A stretch of 64,000 nt of DNA, taken from a virus. Lineage: Duplodnaviria; Heunggongvirae; Uroviricota; Caudoviricetes. The translations under genes were made by a program, and so were the position numbers. The stretch lies in the IMG/VR virus record IMGVR_UViG_3300023202_000061; one strand, written 5' to 3'. The notes below the pieces were generated by a model that worked only from the letters and a program-made list of their open reading frames with translations, did no database searches and was not told the origin of the DNA. Positions 8,397 through 17,752 of this stretch are shown here, one piece after another; within the stretch, counting starts at the first letter, position 1; every line of letters starts with the position of its first letter.

Positions 8397-8629
8397 TTTA
8401 CTGTAATATCGTACAGATAATCATTACCAGAGGCTTGTGATGTTTCATACATGTCCATTTCATAACCTTTATTGACAAGCTGTTGCCTCATGGCTTCAGC
8501 TCTTTTTTCATAGACATAATCAGGACCAGGATCGGAATCATTTTCCTCGGTGATTGAAATCTCATCAATTTGTACAGGGGTTCTTTTACCAAACCTCTGC
8601 ATATATACTATAACTCTACAGTTTACCAT
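8393..8629 (-). CDS. hypothetical protein
   Basis: 78-aa ORF in a translationally coupled chain. Confidence 0.65.
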   Translation of the reverse strand: MVNCRVIVYMQRFGKRTPVQIDEISITEENDSDPGPDYVYEKRAEAMRQQLVNKGYEMDMYETSQASGNDYLYDITVK

Positions 8630-8632
8630 ATT

Positions 8633-11600
8633 TTACTCCCAGATTTCTCCAAACTCTTCACTCAATTGACGCCGGTATCTAACCAACATTCTCTCAAGCA
8701 ATCGGAATGGTTTCTCATCATCATCAAGCAGCCCTGTGTTTTCAATCCATCTGGACATTCCAACATCAGGCTTAGAAAACCCCATACCATCTTTGGTCTC
8801 CGCACCGTCACAGCGCCCAAGCATGTAGCTCAGAGCATTGCGAAGAAGAACCTTCCTTTCGGAAGTTAGCTTGGGCTCAGGAGTGTCACTGACCTTCGCG
8901 GACTCTCGTCCGAGAACACCATTGATACGACCCAAGGCCTCTGCTCTTTCAGCCTCTTCAGTAGCTGCACGGATGCGGGCTTCTAATTCCTCATCGGTTT
9001 CTTCAACCACATTTACAGCCTTACTCTTGGTAGGCTTCATGGGCTTGACCTTGAGGCTCTCATCAAGGGCACGCTGAGCAAGCTCAATCTTGTACTCGAT
9101 AAGTTTGTGCATGTGCTTATCAAGAGGATGGTCAGAAACCATACGCTTGATGATGATACCCTTAGCAAGCTGACCAATTCTTACAATCCGATCCTCAGCC
9201 TGTATGTTCATCGCAGGGGTCCAATCCAAGTCAATGAACAAAGCGTGTGAAGCGTGAGTCAATGTCAGACCAACACCACCAGCCTGGATGGTCAGGGCTA
9301 CGCCCTTCAGCTCTCCGTTTTGAAACCTGTGTTTGATAGCTTGACGCTTTTCTGCAGAGGTATCCCCGGTGATAGCTGCCCACCCATCACGCTGACCAAG
9401 CGTATCGATTGGAGCACGATGAGCAGAGAAAACCAACAGAGGTTCTTCGGATTCTTCATAGGATTCAACAATCTCCATCATGGGAGCAATGCGTCCTTCG
9501 GCCAGCTTGGCACGAATCGAAGAAAACTCGTAGAAGCTAGGCAGAGAAGCAAAAGCATCCTCAATTTCTTGCTCGGAAGGAGCGCGACCATCGGCGGTTA
9601 AGCCATCGATGATCCCTTCATACATTTCCTGCATTTCCTCGGCAAGTTCCTTACCAACATCAACCTTAACGGTCTGATAAGTTTTACCAGGAAGCTCAGG
9701 AAGCACATCTTTCTTGAGACGGCGAAGCATGACTCGCTTGAGTCGTTCTGGAACCTCCGGCTTAGGCATTCCGAATTCATACCCGCCGAAAGGATTCCTG
9801 CTACCATTGAACAAGTCAACAAACTTGTACCAAGAACCAAAGATGTGACCCATGGACCCAGCCTCAAGAACTCCGTAAAGATCAGTGGCTCGATTCATCA
9901 GAGGAGTACCAGTCAGACCCCAAGTAACAGCACATCGCTGAGTCATCTCCTTGAACTTCTGAGACCGTGCGGCTTTATAGTTCTTGGTAAGGTGACACTC
10001 ATCAGAGATGATATGACACTTAGCAAGCTCAGCTTCTTGTTTCTTGGTAAGCTTAGCCGTTAGAATTGGCTTACCCTTCTTGGTCTTTCCAATTTCCTCA
10101 GTTGGTTTGAGCCAGGCGGGAAGGATATCGTAATTGATGATGACAATCTCACCCTTCTTGGGAAAGACAAATGAGTCACGACCATTGCAGATGTGAACCT
10201 TGAACTCAGGTCGCCACATATCAATCTCATCTTGCCAATTGTACTTAACAGCAGCGGGACAAGCCAGAATAACTCGGGCACCAGCGGGCAAAGCAATCAG
10301 CGCTTGTACGGTGTTGTGTGTTATAATGTAATCCTTGGTAATAAACAAATTGTCTTCTGCGTCCACAGAGATGCAAGTACATTCCGTTTCACCAGCCTCT
10401 ATCACATCAGCAATAGAAAGAGCTGGCGGGTACTTTGAGTTGGCAACAAACCTTTCTTTTTTGAAAGGAATGGTTACCGGACACATATCACTTGGCAATT
10501 TGATACGAATACGATGATCTGTGCTGCCAATCTTAATTTCTCCTTTGTATGTGTACTTTGGTTTTCTAGTTGAAAACTTTACCACACCACCAAGAGAACG
10601 AACGAGGCGAATAACATCTTCTGCCAACTGTGATGACACCGTATTGTATTCAACAATCATTCCGTCTTTAGAAACGGTTCCATCGTTGTCAACAAGTCCT
10701 TGAAGAAGAAGCAGTCGCTGCTCAACAGAACCAAAGAAATAAATTTCTGGAATGTTTTTGTTGTATGATGTTTTATATTGAAGATTGAGCTTTTTAATTC
10801 CAGCTTTTAGTTCTTCTCCATTTTTTACCAGAAAGGTGTACTCTTTATCATATTCTTGATGCTCCAGCTCTACACCAAATTCGGCAAGCTTTTCTCTTTG
10901 CTCTGGGAGGCCATGGTGAAATACAGCCCTTGACAGCGTTCCATTAGCCAAAAGAGCACCAAGAACATAAGGATGTACTGGAAATTCTTTTTCAAAATGT
11001 TCAACAGGTTCGGTTACCGGAATAAACCACTTACGATTTCCGTTATGATCTTCTAAGCCAACATCAACAATCTCCTTAAGAGTATGGGTTCTGAACTTAT
11101 CAGGATTTCTTACGCGATCATTTGGAGTTTGCACACCCCATAGATGATCTTCGGAACACTGAACATTACGTCCGTCACTGAAAGTGACATTAAAGATTGG
11201 AAGCACACCCTGAGGATACACTCCCGTTACCTTTGTTGGCTTGCCGTTCTTTCCAATGACTTCATCGCCAACAGAAAGCTCCTCAATTGGAATCCAGCCA
11301 TCTGGCGTGAGAACAGGTGTTCCGTTGCTCAGACTTTTACCAAGACCCATGTCATCAGCAAGGATGGCGCGCTTGTGCAGGGCCAAAAACTCAACGCCTT
11401 CCTTTTGAAATGGGCGAAGCTTCTTATCACCGTAGGTCTTAGCAGCACGTTTCTTTGCAGCTCTAGACTCTGGAGTGCCTTCACGACCTTGCTTCTGCAA
11501 GACGGCGGGAATTTCAAACCCAACCTGCTTTGCTACCTCAAGAATACGAGGAGCGTCCTCAGGCTTCATTGAAATGGTCCAATGTTTATCATCAGGGTTC

Positions 11601-11857
11601 CAGCGAGCGCCGGGAAGAGACTTGACAAGAGACACAGTATCTCTGTCGTAGGGGAAGAAGACCTTACCATCTTCGGTGATCTTCTTTTCTTGTGGAGCCG
11701 AGGCCTTGGATGGTTCAACACCAAGCTTGCGATGACAAGCACTGGAGTTACACACAGTGTTCCAGCGTCCGTCATTGTAAGCGAAACCCTGTCCCACCTG
11801 AACCATAACATCACAGCTCTTACATTTTTTCGCAAACTTATTAGTGATAACTCTCAT
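8633..11857 (-). CDS. SNF2-family (HARP/SMARCAL1-like) helicase precursor containing an intein
   Basis: N-terminal CxxC and HARP-like FPYDRDTVSLVKSLPGARWNP; motif I ILADDMGLGK|TVQ split by the intein; DECH; GLTGTPLMN; QAEDRIVRIGQ. Confidence 0.92.
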   Translation of the reverse strand: MRVITNKFAKKCKSCDVMVQVGQGFAYNDGRWNTVCNSSACHRKLGVEPSKASAPQEKKITEDGKVFFPYDRDTVSLVKSLPGARWNPDDKHWTISMKPEDAPRILEVAKQVGFEIPAVLQKQGREGTPESRAAKKRAAKTYGDKKLRPFQKEGVEFLALHKRAILADDMGLGKSLSNGTPVLTPDGWIPIEELSVGDEVIGKNGKPTKVTGVYPQGVLPIFNVTFSDGRNVQCSEDHLWGVQTPNDRVRNPDKFRTHTLKEIVDVGLEDHNGNRKWFIPVTEPVEHFEKEFPVHPYVLGALLANGTLSRAVFHHGLPEQREKLAEFGVELEHQEYDKEYTFLVKNGEELKAGIKKLNLQYKTSYNKNIPEIYFFGSVEQRLLLLQGLVDNDGTVSKDGMIVEYNTVSSQLAEDVIRLVRSLGGVVKFSTRKPKYTYKGEIKIGSTDHRIRIKLPSDMCPVTIPFKKERFVANSKYPPALSIADVIEAGETECTCISVDAEDNLFITKDYIITHNTVQALIALPAGARVILACPAAVKYNWQDEIDMWRPEFKVHICNGRDSFVFPKKGEIVIINYDILPAWLKPTEEIGKTKKGKPILTAKLTKKQEAELAKCHIISDECHLTKNYKAARSQKFKEMTQRCAVTWGLTGTPLMNRATDLYGVLEAGSMGHIFGSWYKFVDLFNGSRNPFGGYEFGMPKPEVPERLKRVMLRRLKKDVLPELPGKTYQTVKVDVGKELAEEMQEMYEGIIDGLTADGRAPSEQEIEDAFASLPSFYEFSSIRAKLAEGRIAPMMEIVESYEESEEPLLVFSAHRAPIDTLGQRDGWAAITGDTSAEKRQAIKHRFQNGELKGVALTIQAGGVGLTLTHASHALFIDLDWTPAMNIQAEDRIVRIGQLAKGIIIKRMVSDHPLDKHMHKLIEYKIELAQRALDESLKVKPMKPTKSKAVNVVEETDEELEARIRAATEEAERAEALGRINGVLGRESAKVSDTPEPKLTSERKVLLRNALSYMLGRCDGAETKDGMGFSKPDVGMSRWIENTGLLDDDEKPFRLLERMLVRYRRQLSEEFGEIWE
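10313..11335 (-). mobile_element. intein with LAGLIDADG homing endonuclease (341 aa) in the helicase Walker A motif
   Basis: Starts SLSNGTPVLTPDGW after GLGK; block B CSEDHLW; LGALLANG and LQGLVDNDG LAGLIDADG motifs; ends CISVD...ITHN with +1 Thr; visibly more AT-rich than the exteins. Confidence 0.92.
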
Positions 11858-12318
11858 CTTCTAATTACCTTTGCATATCTTTCAAGCAGTCGAAGACCAC
11901 CGAAATGAGAACAGTCTGAGTTACAAGCGTCTGCTACAATAGTGACGTTACAACCTCTGTAAACCAGGTTCTCAGCCGTTTCGGCAACACAACAGTCTGT
12001 GTTGACTCCGAAAACTCTCACATTCTTTCCAGCACCAAGCTCTTTAAGCTTGACCACAACTTCCCGAGAACCATCATCATTCTCTTTCAAAACAAGATGA
12101 CGATTGTGGTATCCCCGAAGGGCATTTTGAATATACCAAAGAGTACGAGTTCGTTTCTTACCTATGTTTCTGTAGTAAGGATAATCGTACTCTACAATCA
12201 GAATGGGTCTGTCATTCTTGATAGCCTGAGCAATCTCACGAAGGACAGGACCCCTGATGTCATCAGAGTATGATGCATCAAAATCAGGCTGCATATCGAT
12301 GATTACCAAAGAGTACAT
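11854..12318 (-). CDS. isochorismatase-family cysteine hydrolase (nicotinamidase-like)
   Basis: LVIIDMQPDF...LKEND...FGVNTDCCVAETA: Asp/Lys/Cys triad pattern. Confidence 0.8.
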   Translation of the reverse strand: MYSLVIIDMQPDFDASYSDDIRGPVLREIAQAIKNDRPILIVEYDYPYYRNIGKKRTRTLWYIQNALRGYHNRHLVLKENDDGSREVVVKLKELGAGKNVRVFGVNTDCCVAETAENLVYRGCNVTIVADACNSDCSHFGGLRLLERYAKVIRR

Positions 12319-12400
12319 TACTTGCTTATTCTTTTAATCTCCCTTTCGAGAGAGTAAACCTCAGCCTTAAGTCTCGCAAGCCTTTGCGCTTTTGTTTCAG

Positions 12401-12649
12401 TCATGATTTTCTAACCATTGCTTCTTGACGAAGCCCCTCTGCGGTTTCGTAATCTCCATCACGTTCAGCGCGGATAGATTTCTTTACAAGAGGAATCATC
12501 CATTCATACTGCTTGACCTCTTCTTTCCAAGCAGCTTCACCAGAAGGACAATCACACCACTCACCATCATCGGAACCCTCGCCACCACAGAAGCAGCAAT
12601 CCTCAGGTTTCTCGTGGTCCTCATCACATTTGGTACATTCCCAACTCAT
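12401..12649 (-). CDS. small Cys-rich hypothetical protein
   Basis: CTKC...CCFCGG...CDCP. Confidence 0.65.
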   Translation of the reverse strand: MSWECTKCDEDHEKPEDCCFCGGEGSDDGEWCDCPSGEAAWKEEVKQYEWMIPLVKKSIRAERDGDYETAEGLRQEAMVRKS

Positions 12650-13371
12650 GTTAACCTTTCTACAATTTCATCGAAGGTATTCTTTTTACCCTCGATGGCG
12701 ATGAACCTTCGGTCCATCCTTTGAGCAGCCTTGCTAGCATTGCCTGAACCAGAGAAGAGATCAAGAATCAAATCTCCTGGCTCAGTGTGAGTCTCAATCA
12801 TGATCTCAGCTAGCCTTTCAGGCTTTTCACACTCGTGTTTCTTGTTCCTCATTACCTCAGTCACGTCCGTCCAAACATTGGTGCGGCGCTTCCTGTCATC
12901 CAAGGCTGGGTAATCTTTGTTGTAACCCCTGTAGCCCCGAAGCTCATTGAGGTAAGGCTTGTTGAATAGACCGGGTTTCTCGCCGTGCACAAGCCAGGCA
13001 ACCTCTTCTCTGGTAAACAGATAGTCATCCGCTTTGCCGTAGGCTCTTTTCTTTGACCATGTGATGACATTACGAAGAGTCAGGTCAGTTTCATCCTCAA
13101 CACACCCAAGGAAGTTGAAGAAGTGGCGCTGGTTTGGCTTACCAATCCCGCCCCAGATGTAGATGCTCCCACCTTCGGCGGTAACGTTTTGACATACCTG
13201 AGCCAGCCTTACATAGTCTAGGAAATCCCAGTCCTCATCCCAGTCTTCATCAACAATATCTCCATAAGGAGGATCAGCCATTACGAGCTGGGCAAGGACT
13301 TCGCCAAGGATTTTCTGAATGTCCATGACGTTACCAAGAATGACTTGGCCATTGGGAACATTTGCAATCAT
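12646..13371 (-). CDS. orphan DNA methyltransferase, N6-adenine/N4-cytosine, beta class
   Basis: Catalytic ADPPY precedes SAM-binding LDLFSGSG; HECEKP motif. Confidence 0.9.
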   Translation of the reverse strand: MIANVPNGQVILGNVMDIQKILGEVLAQLVMADPPYGDIVDEDWDEDWDFLDYVRLAQVCQNVTAEGGSIYIWGGIGKPNQRHFFNFLGCVEDETDLTLRNVITWSKKRAYGKADDYLFTREEVAWLVHGEKPGLFNKPYLNELRGYRGYNKDYPALDDRKRRTNVWTDVTEVMRNKKHECEKPERLAEIMIETHTEPGDLILDLFSGSGNASKAAQRMDRRFIAIEGKKNTFDEIVERLT

Positions 13372-13413
13372 GTTAACTTCCTATTGGTTCCTTGTGCCAT
13401 CTTTTCATTTCTT

Positions 13414-13761
13414 TCATATTGCTTTTTTGAAAACTAATTTGTTTAACGATTCGCTCCAAACCGTTTCCTTATATGCTGTGTAGTTTTGAGTTATCATTTT
13501 CTCTTCGCCAGACCAGATAATCTCATAACACTCACAGAACACAGCTACACAAGGAAAAGAAGTTTCGCAATAACCATTGTTTTCACCATCTTTTAGCTTA
13601 GGAGCAATCTCTCCATTGTATAGATGAGAGTCATAGTATCCGTATTCAAGAAAACAAAGAATTAGACTGTTCTCCGTAAGATACCTACCACAGTGCGGGC
13701 AGTATGCTGGAAGCTCTATCTCTTTCTTTCGAACAACAATATCCGCAACTTGAATTTTCAT
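13414..13761 (-). CDS. hypothetical protein with Zn ribbon
   Basis: CPHC...CEC. Confidence 0.65.
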   Translation of the reverse strand: MKIQVADIVVRKKEIELPAYCPHCGRYLTENSLILCFLEYGYYDSHLYNGEIAPKLKDGENNGYCETSFPCVAVFCECYEIIWSGEEKMITQNYTAYKETVWSESLNKLVFKKAI

Positions 13762-14495
13762 GCCGCAATCACTGTGAGGTGCCTCTTATTGATGTGCTTC
13801 TTGAAAACTCCGTGAGCCCTGAAAGCTACAATGGAATTGCGTTCCTTAGCACAAAGACCACACCGAGCACAGTTCATGTGCTCAGCATACTCAGCGGGAC
13901 ACACGATGACAGACCGACCTTCGGGAGTTTTCATGTGCTTTGGCGCATCAGATGGAGCAACCACTACCACAGGAGCGATACCAAGGCTGGCCTTTTCATC
14001 GGCTTCTTCCATGGTATCAGCGCTCAGGTTGATTTTGAACCCAGTGTGTTTGTTCACTGCGTTGATTGCTCTGGCGTTGACGAGTTCCTGACCCGTGAGA
14101 CCAACAGGTTTGTGGGTATAGGTGAACCCAGCAGCTTTTCGAGCATCATTCATTTCAACCAATTGAGCAAGCATTTGGTTGTCGATAGCATTGTCGATTC
14201 CCATCAAGTCACCGACAACATTGTGACGCCAGCGCTGACCTCGATAGAGATGAGCACTTGCTTTCAGCAGGAAACGCTCCCATGGCATACCCCAATCTTT
14301 AGCATCGAGCTTGCGCCAATGAAGAGCGGTGTTACCACCCTCAGCGTAACAGCCGTTTCCATTTCGCAACGAACATGCACTGGGACATGTTACAGATGGA
14401 GAATATGTAATCGGCATTGGGCCGGTCTTCTTGTTAGAAGACAATGGTGTGAACAAGTAATGAAGCGCTCGCAAATCTACAGGAGCTGACAGCAT
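13758..14495 (-). CDS. conserved phage Cys-rich protein (gp88/DUF7227-like, possible Fe-S protein)
   Basis: SNKKTGP...TCPSACSLRNGNGCYA...RHNVVGD...FTYTH...INLSAD...CP...CARCGLC. Confidence 0.65.
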   Translation of the reverse strand: MLSAPVDLRALHYLFTPLSSNKKTGPMPITYSPSVTCPSACSLRNGNGCYAEGGNTALHWRKLDAKDWGMPWERFLLKASAHLYRGQRWRHNVVGDLMGIDNAIDNQMLAQLVEMNDARKAAGFTYTHKPVGLTGQELVNARAINAVNKHTGFKINLSADTMEEADEKASLGIAPVVVVAPSDAPKHMKTPEGRSVIVCPAEYAEHMNCARCGLCAKERNSIVAFRAHGVFKKHINKRHLTVIAA

Positions 14496-14526
14496 AACTT
14501 ACCTTTCTTTTAAAGATTAGTACGGA

Positions 14527-14548
14527 ACCGGGGGCCTTGGCCCCCGGT
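14527..14548 (-). terminator. GC-rich hairpin, probable terminator
   Basis: Perfect inverted repeat ACCGGGGGCC-tt-GGCCCCCGGT between two genes. Confidence 0.55.
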
Positions 14549-14565
14549 CAAAACATCGCACTATA

Positions 14566-14811
14566 TTAAAGACCCGAGGTCTTTTTCGCAGCTTTATTCA
14601 GCGTATTGCGAGCTGCGTTTAAGGATGATTTGGCAGAAGCTCGAATCGGACCATTGAGTATCTTGATCTTATTCTCAGTATTGATAACGATGGTGCGATA
14701 AGATTTAGGTCCGAGTTTAACCCACCAAATTCTCATTGGTTGGTTTCCGAACTGTGACCTAGCAGCGTGAGCTACCTGCACGATAAGCTTTTGAAGCTGT
14801 GATTGTGACAA
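14566..14811 (-). CDS. small basic hypothetical protein
   Basis: 81-aa ORF flanked by hairpins. Confidence 0.6.
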   Translation of the reverse strand: MSQSQLQKLIVQVAHAARSQFGNQPMRIWWVKLGPKSYRTIVINTENKIKILNGPIRASAKSSLNAARNTLNKAAKKTSGL

Positions 14812-14921
14812 GAGATTCTCCCGGTATTACTTACCCTCCTAGAAAGATTCGGGTTAAGTAATAGATTATGCCCATAGTGGGTAAAGTTTTTACAACCCTA
14901 CCCACTATGGGCACATATATC

Positions 14922-14941
14922 GGGCCGTGAGACCACGGCCC
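14922..14941 (-). terminator. hairpin after the 14962-15738 gene
   Basis: GGGCCGTG-agac-CACGGCCC. Confidence 0.5.
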
Positions 14942-14961
14942 TTCGCTGGAGAATCAAGGAC

Positions 14962-15738
14962 TTACGAAGCCTTCTTGCCAGCAGGCTTTTTGGCCTTGTT
15001 AGCAGCGCGGGTCGCAGCAGCCTTCTTTCCGCGAGCCTGAGCTGCTTCCTTGGCAGCCTTCTGACGAACGTTCTTGCGAGTGTTGTGAACCGTGTGCTCC
15101 TTCATGCTGGTGAGACCAGCCTTATGGCCACGCTCAACAACTTCCTTGGCAGAGAGCTGCTCTTGACCCTTTGCCTCACGCTTCTCATCCAGGTCGCGGA
15201 CGAAAGCAGCAGCGGTCAAGCCGGACTTCGTCTTCTGACGAGGACCCTGACTTCCCTTACCCTGTGCAGCAGATTTCGTCTCTGCCTTTTCTGCCTTGGA
15301 CTTACGACCACGCTTGGCGGGAGCCTTACCCTCAGACTCCTGAACCCGACGACGGGTGTTGGAGACGAGAGCATGAGAGATCGTGAAGCCCTGCTCAGCG
15401 CCCAGCTCGATAACCTCGCGAGCCTTCATGTCCATGGGGAGAGACCGAATGAACTCGGAAGCCGAAGAGTACTGGTCGTTGGACTGGCGCGCACCACGTC
15501 CGGTACCCTGAGTTTCAACCGTGCCCGAGGGCTTGGCCTTAGCCTTGCGCCCTGGCTTGGGCTTCTTGGCAGTGGTCGTCTTCGCAGCACGAGCCGGTGC
15601 GGGAGCAGGCTCGGGAGTCGAAACAACCCCTCCTGCCAATTCTGCTGCAAGTTCTGCGCGAACTTCTGCGCGGACTGCTTCCTGTGCGGCGGGAGAGAGG
15701 TGGTCGAGAACGCTGTTGGTGGTGTTGGTGTTAGCCAT
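14962..15738 (-). CDS. Lys/Ala-rich basic DNA-binding (nucleoid/histone-like) protein with two repeated helical domains
   Basis: SASEFIRSLP...AREVIELG...LVSNTRRR and TAAAFVRDLD...AKEVVERG...TVHNTRKN separated by AKK-rich linkers; own promoter and terminator. Confidence 0.7.
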   Translation of the reverse strand: MANTNTTNSVLDHLSPAAQEAVRAEVRAELAAELAGGVVSTPEPAPAPARAAKTTTAKKPKPGRKAKAKPSGTVETQGTGRGARQSNDQYSSASEFIRSLPMDMKAREVIELGAEQGFTISHALVSNTRRRVQESEGKAPAKRGRKSKAEKAETKSAAQGKGSQGPRQKTKSGLTAAAFVRDLDEKREAKGQEQLSAKEVVERGHKAGLTSMKEHTVHNTRKNVRQKAAKEAAQARGKKAAATRAANKAKKPAGKKAS

Positions 15739-15808
15739 GTGGTTGTTTTCTTTCTTGTTTTGTTTTTAAGTTGGTTTAGGGAATCTTTTGTTCCCGTTTC
15801 TTGTCCTG

Positions 15809-15837
15809 AAGATAAAGCATCGACTCTTATCAGTCAA
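15809..15837 (-). promoter_or_regulatory. sigma70-type promoter
   Basis: Minus strand TTGACT-17 nt-TATCTT upstream of the 15738 start. Confidence 0.65.
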
Positions 15838-15930
15838 CACTTTTTTACACAGCTAGGCAGTTACACTGTGCAACTACCAAAGAGAAAGCAAAGAGTTTCA
15901 TCCACTTAGAAGAGTTATCGAAAAATGATT

Positions 15931-16311
15931 TTAAGCCACAGATTTTCGCTGAGCATGAAACTTACAGTACTTTTTGTAAGCCTCTTTTTTGGACTCTTCC
16001 CACACATCGTAGGAAGAAAGCCCGGTAATTTCGCAAATCTTGCCGTGAAAAGAACCAACACACTCTCTTACAGCTGTGTCGATTGCTTCCCGGTAAGATT
16101 TATAGTCGCTCATCCTTTCCCACTTGTACACGAAAGTCACGAGGGCTTTTCGTACAGCGGGGCGGGAAGGATCTTTCTCGACAGCCTTAATGAGGGCTTC
16201 GGCGAGTTTTTGAAGGCGGCGGTTACCTTGTGATGTGAACATGCCCCAGCGTTTAGGGGCGGCAATCTTCTCAGTTCTAAGAACAGTTGTTCTCGAAGTG
16301 TATGTAAGCAT
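15931..16311 (-). CDS. hypothetical protein
   Basis: 126 aa; contains GMFTSQGN...EAIDTAVRE. Confidence 0.7.
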   Translation of the reverse strand: MLTYTSRTTVLRTEKIAAPKRWGMFTSQGNRRLQKLAEALIKAVEKDPSRPAVRKALVTFVYKWERMSDYKSYREAIDTAVRECVGSFHGKICEITGLSSYDVWEESKKEAYKKYCKFHAQRKSVA

Positions 16312-16552
16312 CAGGTTTTCTTTCTAGTTTGTGGTGTTTGAGAGTGCCCAGGTACTCGGAGTATTCTTCCAGGGCTCGCTGCTCTCTTAGTGATTTCCCC
16401 ATCAACCTTTCGGGAAGGAGCACGGGATGACTCAAATACTTCAGCTCAGCTCCGTCTGGATACTTGAGGTGGTCGAGTTGGTATCATCGCATCTCCTAGA
16501 GTTTACTAAGAGATGCGGAATTATTCACAGGGATATGACTATGATGTCAGAG

Positions 16553-16843
16553 TTACCAATCGAAGGTTGGAAAACCCTCAAGAGCCTCAGCATCACGATC
16601 AAACTTGATGAAAGCAAAATCCTCTTCATGATTAGCAGCCCATGCACAGATTTCTCTTAGTGCAGAAGAGTATTCCTCAAGAGAACCCTCACCAAGAGAA
16701 GGTAGATGAATCATTACCCACCCTCGACCTTGGTAAACAACAACACGATCTTCGTTAGACTCAACATCCAGAAGCCGTTCATCGTCCTCTCGTGTCATGT
16801 GAGCTGTGCTCACCACCAGATTCTTTTCAACTTCGTACTTCAT
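16553..16843 (-). CDS. hypothetical protein
   Basis: 96 aa; VVSTAHMT...FIKFDRDA...FDW. Confidence 0.7.
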   Translation of the reverse strand: MKYEVEKNLVVSTAHMTREDDERLLDVESNEDRVVVYQGRGWVMIHLPSLGEGSLEEYSSALREICAWAANHEEDFAFIKFDRDAEALEGFPTFDW

Positions 16844-17079
16844 GCAACATACTCCTTAGGAACGTTGAGTCCGTAGTATTTCAAGTCGTGAAGCAAGCCA
16901 TGTTGGGGAATACCACTGTCATGTGGCTTAACCCAATCAAAACTATCCACAAAGTGATAGCTCTCATCTATTCCACACGCTGTCTGATGAGTGACGCGGG
17001 TTCCGGCTGGAACCGTCAACACTCCGTGGTCTGTATTGGCTACCTTGTAATGAATAGTGTAATCTTTACTGGTCTCCAT
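16840..17079 (-). CDS. hypothetical protein
   Basis: 79-aa ORF, 4-nt overlap with the next gene. Confidence 0.65.
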   Translation of the reverse strand: METSKDYTIHYKVANTDHGVLTVPAGTRVTHQTACGIDESYHFVDSFDWVKPHDSGIPQHGLLHDLKYYGLNVPKEYVA

Positions 17080-17504
17080 CTCTTTCGGCTCTCCTTTCTT
17101 TTTTAAGGTGTTTTCATCAATCTTTTCCAGATCCTCCTTGGTAAGAGTGTCAAGGAAAGATGCGTAGCGATCCCAGGACGGTCCCTCATTGGGGTGACCG
17201 TCCTTGATCTATTTATCAAGGGCTCGCAGGTATGATCGCTGTCTGTTGTTCATGCACATACTCCTAATAAGGTCCGCGCCTAGCGCTCGCCTTCTTTGTA
17301 AAGTTTTCGGACGTTTACGAGTCGTATGCCCCTTCGTCACGGGCCTCTAGACATTGCCGCAGCTCCTCTAGTTCGTCGGAGGTCAAGTCGCGACGTTCGG
17401 GCCTAGCACGTCTAAAGTGCAGCTGAACTCCTCGCTGCTCACGTACTCCTCGATTGAGCTGTACTGTCCCACTAGTCCTCCTGCAATGTTTCGTACGTTG
17501 ATAC

Positions 17505-17690
17505 TCACAGTACAGTACCATCCTCGTCAGCCCGAGCGCGTGCCTCAGCGATGACCCGAGCACACTCAGTGCGTGCATTGGAATCCCCTTCGAGGGCTCG
17601 GTTGCAGACTTCGATCATTTCCGAGTCACCAGCTTCGCCCGCCTCAGTGCGGAGGGCTTTGACTAGTGCGTTGTTTGCTTCGTTGTTCAT
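17505..17690 (-). CDS. hypothetical protein
   Basis: 61-aa ORF preceded by a purine-rich RBS. Confidence 0.6.
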   Translation of the reverse strand: MNNEANNALVKALRTEAGEAGDSEMIEVCNRALEGDSNARTECARVIAEARARADEDGTVL

Positions 17691-17752
17691 TTTCCTTTAT
17701 CCCTTCAAGCGCTTAGGCTTCGTCTTTGAGGTCTCTCGTTGTTTGGCGTCCA

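Noticed and set aside
16311-16490. ORF with in-frame TGA readthrough (ATG CGA TGA TAC...)
   Set aside because: Single short case with no homology support; more likely a degraded or spurious ORF
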